64,000 nt of DNA, from positions 17,416,950-17,480,949 of the forward strand of contig NC_134029.1 of NCBI RefSeq assembly GCF_964204645.1. The letters run 5' to 3'. The position numbers were made by a program, and so were the translations under genes. This stretch comes from Tubulanus polymorphus (lineage: Eukaryota > Animalia > Nemertea). The notes beneath the pieces are model-generated. The model saw only the letters and a list, made by a program, of their open reading frames with translations, had not been told where the DNA came from and made no database searches. Positions 58,872 through 64,000 of this stretch are shown piece after piece. The first letter of the stretch is position 1; every line of letters starts with the position of its first letter.

Positions 58872-59740
58872 TTAAACGTCAAAGAATTTGATAAAATTGT
58901 ACGGATCTCCGGTACTAACTACTAATCCGTTGTTCGCAGCGACACCTTTCGGCCGCGGCACGCCGGTCACCAATTCGGTTAGTGTTGATAGATCCGACGA
59001 TAAGCACATCACGCGATCGTTCATTTCGTCGGCTATCAGTATTCGCCCCTGTCGGTCGACGCATAGACCTTTCGGGCGTGATAATTTCGTGTGATCTGTA
59101 CCGACCACGCAACCTATGCTTTCTCCGTTACGATCGTAAACTTGCACGCGATCGTTGCCAGTATCGGAAACGAAAACCCGTCCGGTTTGGTCCATCGCGA
59201 TTCCCGTCGGTCGCAGCAGCGGATATCTCGCATTTGGACGCACTTCGCTGAATATTCTGCCGTCCGAGTCGTGAATGAATACCTTACTTTTCGACGTGTC
59301 CGTCACGAACATGAAACCTCTATCCGCGTCGAAAACGAGATCGGTCGGCTGCCCGTAGTATGTATTTCCCATATCGACAACCTCCTCCAGGAATCCGTCG
59401 GGTCGACCGACTCCAAGCATCACAACCCGACGGTTTCCGCTATCGACTACAGCTAGCTGGCAATTCCGCATGAACGATGGAGTGAACTTAACGCTCCTTG
59501 GATACCAAAGCCTTCCCAACCCATGACCCGGATGCCCGGACTTACCGGCTGGATTTATAATCGTCAAATGGTTATTGGCGTCGATCACTTGAACTCGGTG
59601 GTTATCAGTATCGGCGACCGCGATATCCCCGAGCGCATTTGTATCGATAAACCACGGATAGCTGAACTCCTCTTGACGGAATCCTGTTCGTCCGCAATGG
59701 GAACTGAATCTTGCGGCATTCATTTTACTCGACGATAATT
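58872..59740 (-). CDS. NHL-repeat beta-propeller protein (TRIM-NHL-like); last or only coding exon
   Basis: 283-aa ORF 58872-59723 with ~6 NHL repeats (FSYPWFIDT...VADTDNHRVQV; PTGIAMD...VSDTGNDRVQVYD; PKGLCVD...IADEMNDRV). Acceptor TTTTACAG at 59741, with the frame open to the ATG. Confidence 0.88.
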
Positions 59741-59945
59741 CTGTAAAACAGAACGCCAGTTGAGCCGCGTACGGTTGTTAGGGACGCGTTTTCTAGTCAC
59801 TAGCGTTCGCTATAAATGCGCTGTTATTTATTACCGGTACCGCATTGACGCTATACACAATCATTGTACCATGGACGACTTGATCGTACCTGGATTGACA
59901 TTTTCTGACGCTTCGATTTTTTTTAGCCAACTACATATTGTGTCA

Positions 59946-60588
59946 ACCCCAGTGAAGTTCATTACTTGTTCCTTATTCCGTTACTTATTCAGAATTCAAC
60001 TCCCAATAAGGAACAAGTAACATGTTCCTTATTGGGAAATCTGAATAAGTAATAAGTAACAAGTTACTTGTTCCTTATTGGGCGGTGAATTCTGAATAAG
60101 TAACGAAAATTGAACCGGTAAAGACGAAAATCTGAATAAGTAATAAGTAACAAGTTACTTGTTCCTTATTGGGAGATGAATTCTCAATAAGTAACGAAAA
60201 TTGAACCGGTAAAGTCGAAAATCTGAATAAGGAACAAGGAACAAGTAACATGTTACTTGTTCCTTATTGGGAGATGAATTCTCAATAAGTAACGAAAATT
60301 GAACCGGTAAAGTCGAAAATCTGAATAAGGAACAAGGAACAAGTTACTTGTTCCTTATTGGGAAATGAATTCTGAATAAGTAACGAAAATTGAACCGGTA
60401 AAGTCGAAAATCTGAATAAGGAACAAGGAACAAGTTACTTGTTCCTTATTGGGAGATGAATTCTGAATAAGTAACAAGAAAATCTGAATAAGGAACAAGT
60501 AACATGTTACTTGTTCCTTATTGGGAGTTGAATTCTGAATAAGTAACGGAGTAAGGAATAAGGAACAAGTAATGAACTTCACTGGGGT
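59946..60588. mobile_element. Foldback MITE with 9-bp TSD (Mutator-like)
   Basis: ATTGTGTCA|ACCCCAGTGAAGTTCATTACTTGTTCCTTATTCC ... GGAATAAGGAACAAGTAATGAACTTCACTGGGGT|ATTGTGTCA, with internal ~90-100-bp tandem repeats. Confidence 0.85.
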
Positions 60589-61056
60589 ATTGTGTCATGG
60601 GTTGCCAGTCAATTGTCTGATTGGTCTAGTTAACCAAAAGAGATTACTTGTTTTCACATAGAAAAACACCAGCGATACAAATCTGCCCTCAAGCGCCACG
60701 CGCGTGTGTTATTATTTTTCTTTGACTTAAAACTGAAGTATAAAAGCGCCTGTACGCGTTCGATATATGAAAAAAGCGATTGATTTATTATCGATTTCTT
60801 CAGGATCGAACAGTCTCTGAAAAAAAACTGAGTAGCAATGAAATAGCAAGGCTGTCCCTAGTCCATAGTTTAGTCCGTTGGCCCTTTGACCCAGTTCAGT
60901 GATTCGTTTTATGTTTTATTTAATGAATATTCATCAAATGTTCACAAAATAGATATCAAAAAAGAATAAGGTGCAGTTTGTTTAGTTATGATTTCTTTGC
61001 TTTCAGGTGCTTTGAAACCGACGCCTCGAAGCGCAATACACTAACAAAATCAAATA

Positions 61057-61520
61057 TAAGATGCCACGATCAATCATTTTGACGATGAGCAATTGATTTA
61101 ATTGCATCTAAGGAGCCTTTACCAATTTTTTCGTCATGAGTTGCCATCAGATTAATTAATAACACTGCTGATCTCAGAAAAAAACCGTTTTTCATCAAAA
61201 ATAAACACAAAATGAGCACTGACATCAAAGTTGAACTACGGTCACTAATACCGCTGTTAGATGTTACCTGATATGTGGTTTTTCTCGCTAAGATGCCACG
61301 ATCAATCATTTTGACGATGAGCAATTGATTTAATTGCATCTAAGGAGCCTTTACCAATTTTTTCGTCATGAGTTGCCATCAGATTAATTAATAACACTGC
61401 TGATCTCAGAAAAAAACCGTTTTTCATCAAAAATAAACACAAAATGAGCACTGACATCAAAGTTGAACTACGGTCACTAATACCGCTGTTAGATGTTACC
61501 TGATATGTGGTTTTTCTCGC
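61057..61520. repeat. 232-bp tandem duplication, identical by eye
   Basis: 61057-61288 is repeated at 61289-61520. Confidence 0.9.
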
Positions 61521-64000
61521 CGCTCCTGCGCGTCTCAACGTGAAAATCAATCGCATAGTTATTAATGTAGAACCACTATCACTGTCCAAAGGAGCGCGGA
61601 GAAAAATAATATAGTACGTGCACATGTATCTGAAATACTTGTTTTCACCAAATGGAGTCAACTTCCGAGTCCATCTCTCTTGTCCAGTGCACGGAATGGA
61701 ACGATCTCGAAACATCCCGAGCCTGATCACAAACAGAAAAAATAGCTGCAAAGCAGCGATAACGGGTTTTCTGGATGCATGTGATCGAAAGGAAAAATTA
61801 ATTACCGGGTATTCGATGGAAAAAATAAAATGAGATGATTTGGATATTATCGGAGCAATCCTCTTTTTGGTTGAATGGTCTAGCCCCAGTATAGTCCCCC
61901 GTGATTTGGAAATTCTCGGAGCCCTCCTTTATTTACTTACTAAATGACGTCACAAACTGTTATTTCGCCGGTGCTTGTTGTCTAACAATTCAATTCAATT
62001 CTTTATTTACAGTAACCTAATAAGTAATTTTAAGTTTCAAATAGGATGGAAAGTACATTCAGACAATCTGTTGGAGAGACCGTTATTACAGTATCAATTT
62101 ATACATTTCGTTTCGAAGCTGTCAGTTGCCGAATCTGAATGAAGATGAATTTTATTTGACGAAATCGGCGGAAAATATATAATAATAATAATAATCAACA
62201 GAATTTCAAGAGGGTTTTCGACGAAAGTCAGAAAACCCTAATTATCACAATCAAAGTGATGTATAGGTATATTCACTTAAGTTCGAACTTCGTGACAGTT
62301 AGACAGAAGGCAGAACAGGGGCGTATTAGCATTGTAAGCTCGGGCCTACACTGCTTAGACCAAGTTATCATTTAAACAAACACTTTTATTCAAAATCCAG
62401 CTGGACGGATATATGGCGTTCGTTTTTAATTTGGTTGAAACAGGGGTCGGGGCCCTCCCAGGAAACAGTTATGCTCAGATATGCGGCCTCTGCAGAGTGC
62501 TGTCGATAAAACGAAATTCTTAATAAATGTAGATGGACAAGTGTAGGCTATTATGTTTGGATAGTTGTAAGACGTGAAATACGTTTCAGCTTGATAATGT
62601 TTAAAATAAAAACTAGTAGAACTAAATGTGGGATTCGTGTTATCTGTGCTCAGGAGTTTTAACATTGCGATATTTTAAGATGATTAAACCGTTTTCTTCT
62701 TTCGTGGCGTCAAAACAGTTCATCTACTTTTACGCCGCATTTAGAACAGTTTATCCGTCATACAAAAATTGAATAATCTTAATTTCACATTATGGCCCTC
62801 ATCAGCAACAATATGAAACAGCATATTTCATTATGTTATCATCCAATTACCATTTTCGATCATTTCTCATATTTATCTGGTTGCCTAATTGGGTCAGTAT
62901 GTAAACACGCTGGATGTTCTCTATTGGACCAGTTCATTTTTGTTGCAGTGCCTGTGTCTACATGTTTATCAGAAATGTCTTATTATTGGATTAATTTTCT
63001 TGTGATTTGTTTTATTTTCACTTTACACGAGGTGAGCCTTGCATATTCAAACAACTTTCAGCGAATTTAACGTAGGAAACGTTGTATTTTGGACCTGATA
63101 TGAAACAAATGCCTCCAATGCCTGTGGACAACACCTCTTGATGAGGCTTATACGTATATATTTTACGATATAGTATTTCATACGTCTATCATTCTTACTA
63201 TTGGTTTACGCAAATCGATGTTCTACTGATTCAAGCATGTGTTGCTTTAAAAGGTTACTAGAAGCACTGCTTTGTACCCCTGAGTTCCAGCATTGTTGGA
63301 TATGTTCAAATAGATTCCCATATGATAAGTAAATTAGGCTTTTCAATTGGTATTCACTTCATTCAATATAAAATTGGTTATCATAATCAGATCTTCTTTA
63401 TCAATCATTTACTGTCCATGTCGAATCCCGGTAAAGATTCGGCATGGTATGAAACTTTCCGTTATACAGTCGACTATGAGTAATTCGGACAAGTTCATGA
63501 ATGTTGGAAAAACGCACATTGTCCGGCCAGAATTATGATGTAGGTCTACAGTTTTTTTTTCTATTCATTCTACTATTGAGTGGTATTATGTAAAGGTCGA
63601 ATTTTCTAAGCCGAAAACTCGCGTATATCGGCTACAATATTTATTCCCAACTTCTCAAAGAAAATCATGTTTCTAAGTTGGGTTTGTTTTTTGTTCGATC
63701 GTGTATCAACAATTATCCACGAAATCAGGCGCCTTCAGTTTGTTCTGAGTGATCCATAATATCTGGCATTGAAAAAAACAATAACTTCATCTTAGTTTTA
63801 AAGTTTTAAAACAGAAAAACTTCAACGACTTCTTTCAACCAGGACCACAACACCCACGAGAGTAGATACACATTCAATAAAAACGTAATGGAACGTACTG
63901 GTTGCCGGTCAGACCAATTAGATTCAATTATCGATATACCTTAATCCAAAATAACTTTAATGATCCTTAATAGTATATATAATCTTATATTATATTATTT

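Noticed and set aside
61070-61751. Two ORFs with identical C-termini
   Set aside because: Caused by the 232-bp tandem duplication; no domain signal.

Overview
AT-rich, intron- and repeat-rich animal DNA, probably a marine invertebrate (inference from gene and repeat content); not prokaryotic. (1) 1-3882, minus: 5' half of a Gypsy/Ty3 LTR retrotransposon with LTR, PBS, a PNMA-like gag carrying two lesions, a -1 gag-pol slip site and a protease. (2) 16133-35352, minus: complete calpain-15/SOLH gene, 13 coding exons, 986 aa by my splice reconstruction. It includes an N-terminal MGSGAS exon that is absent from the ORF track. (3) 35768-42868: a 7.1-kb TTAA-flanked foldback-type element with terminal inverted repeats and inverted 30-bp arrays. 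It encloses a decayed, intron-rich gene (acidic mini-exons, UIM-like helix, OTU deubiquitinase, PHD finger, PWWP3A/MUM1-like C-terminus) and no recognisable transposase. This is the most unusual item. (4) 44655-58354, plus: complete MMAA gene, 6 coding exons, 390 aa. (5) 58872-59740, minus: an NHL-repeat beta-propeller exon convergent with MMAA. The remainder is MITEs, Helitron/HINE-like elements, SINE/LINE fragments and satellites. All coordinates and homologies were read by eye; no database search was run.
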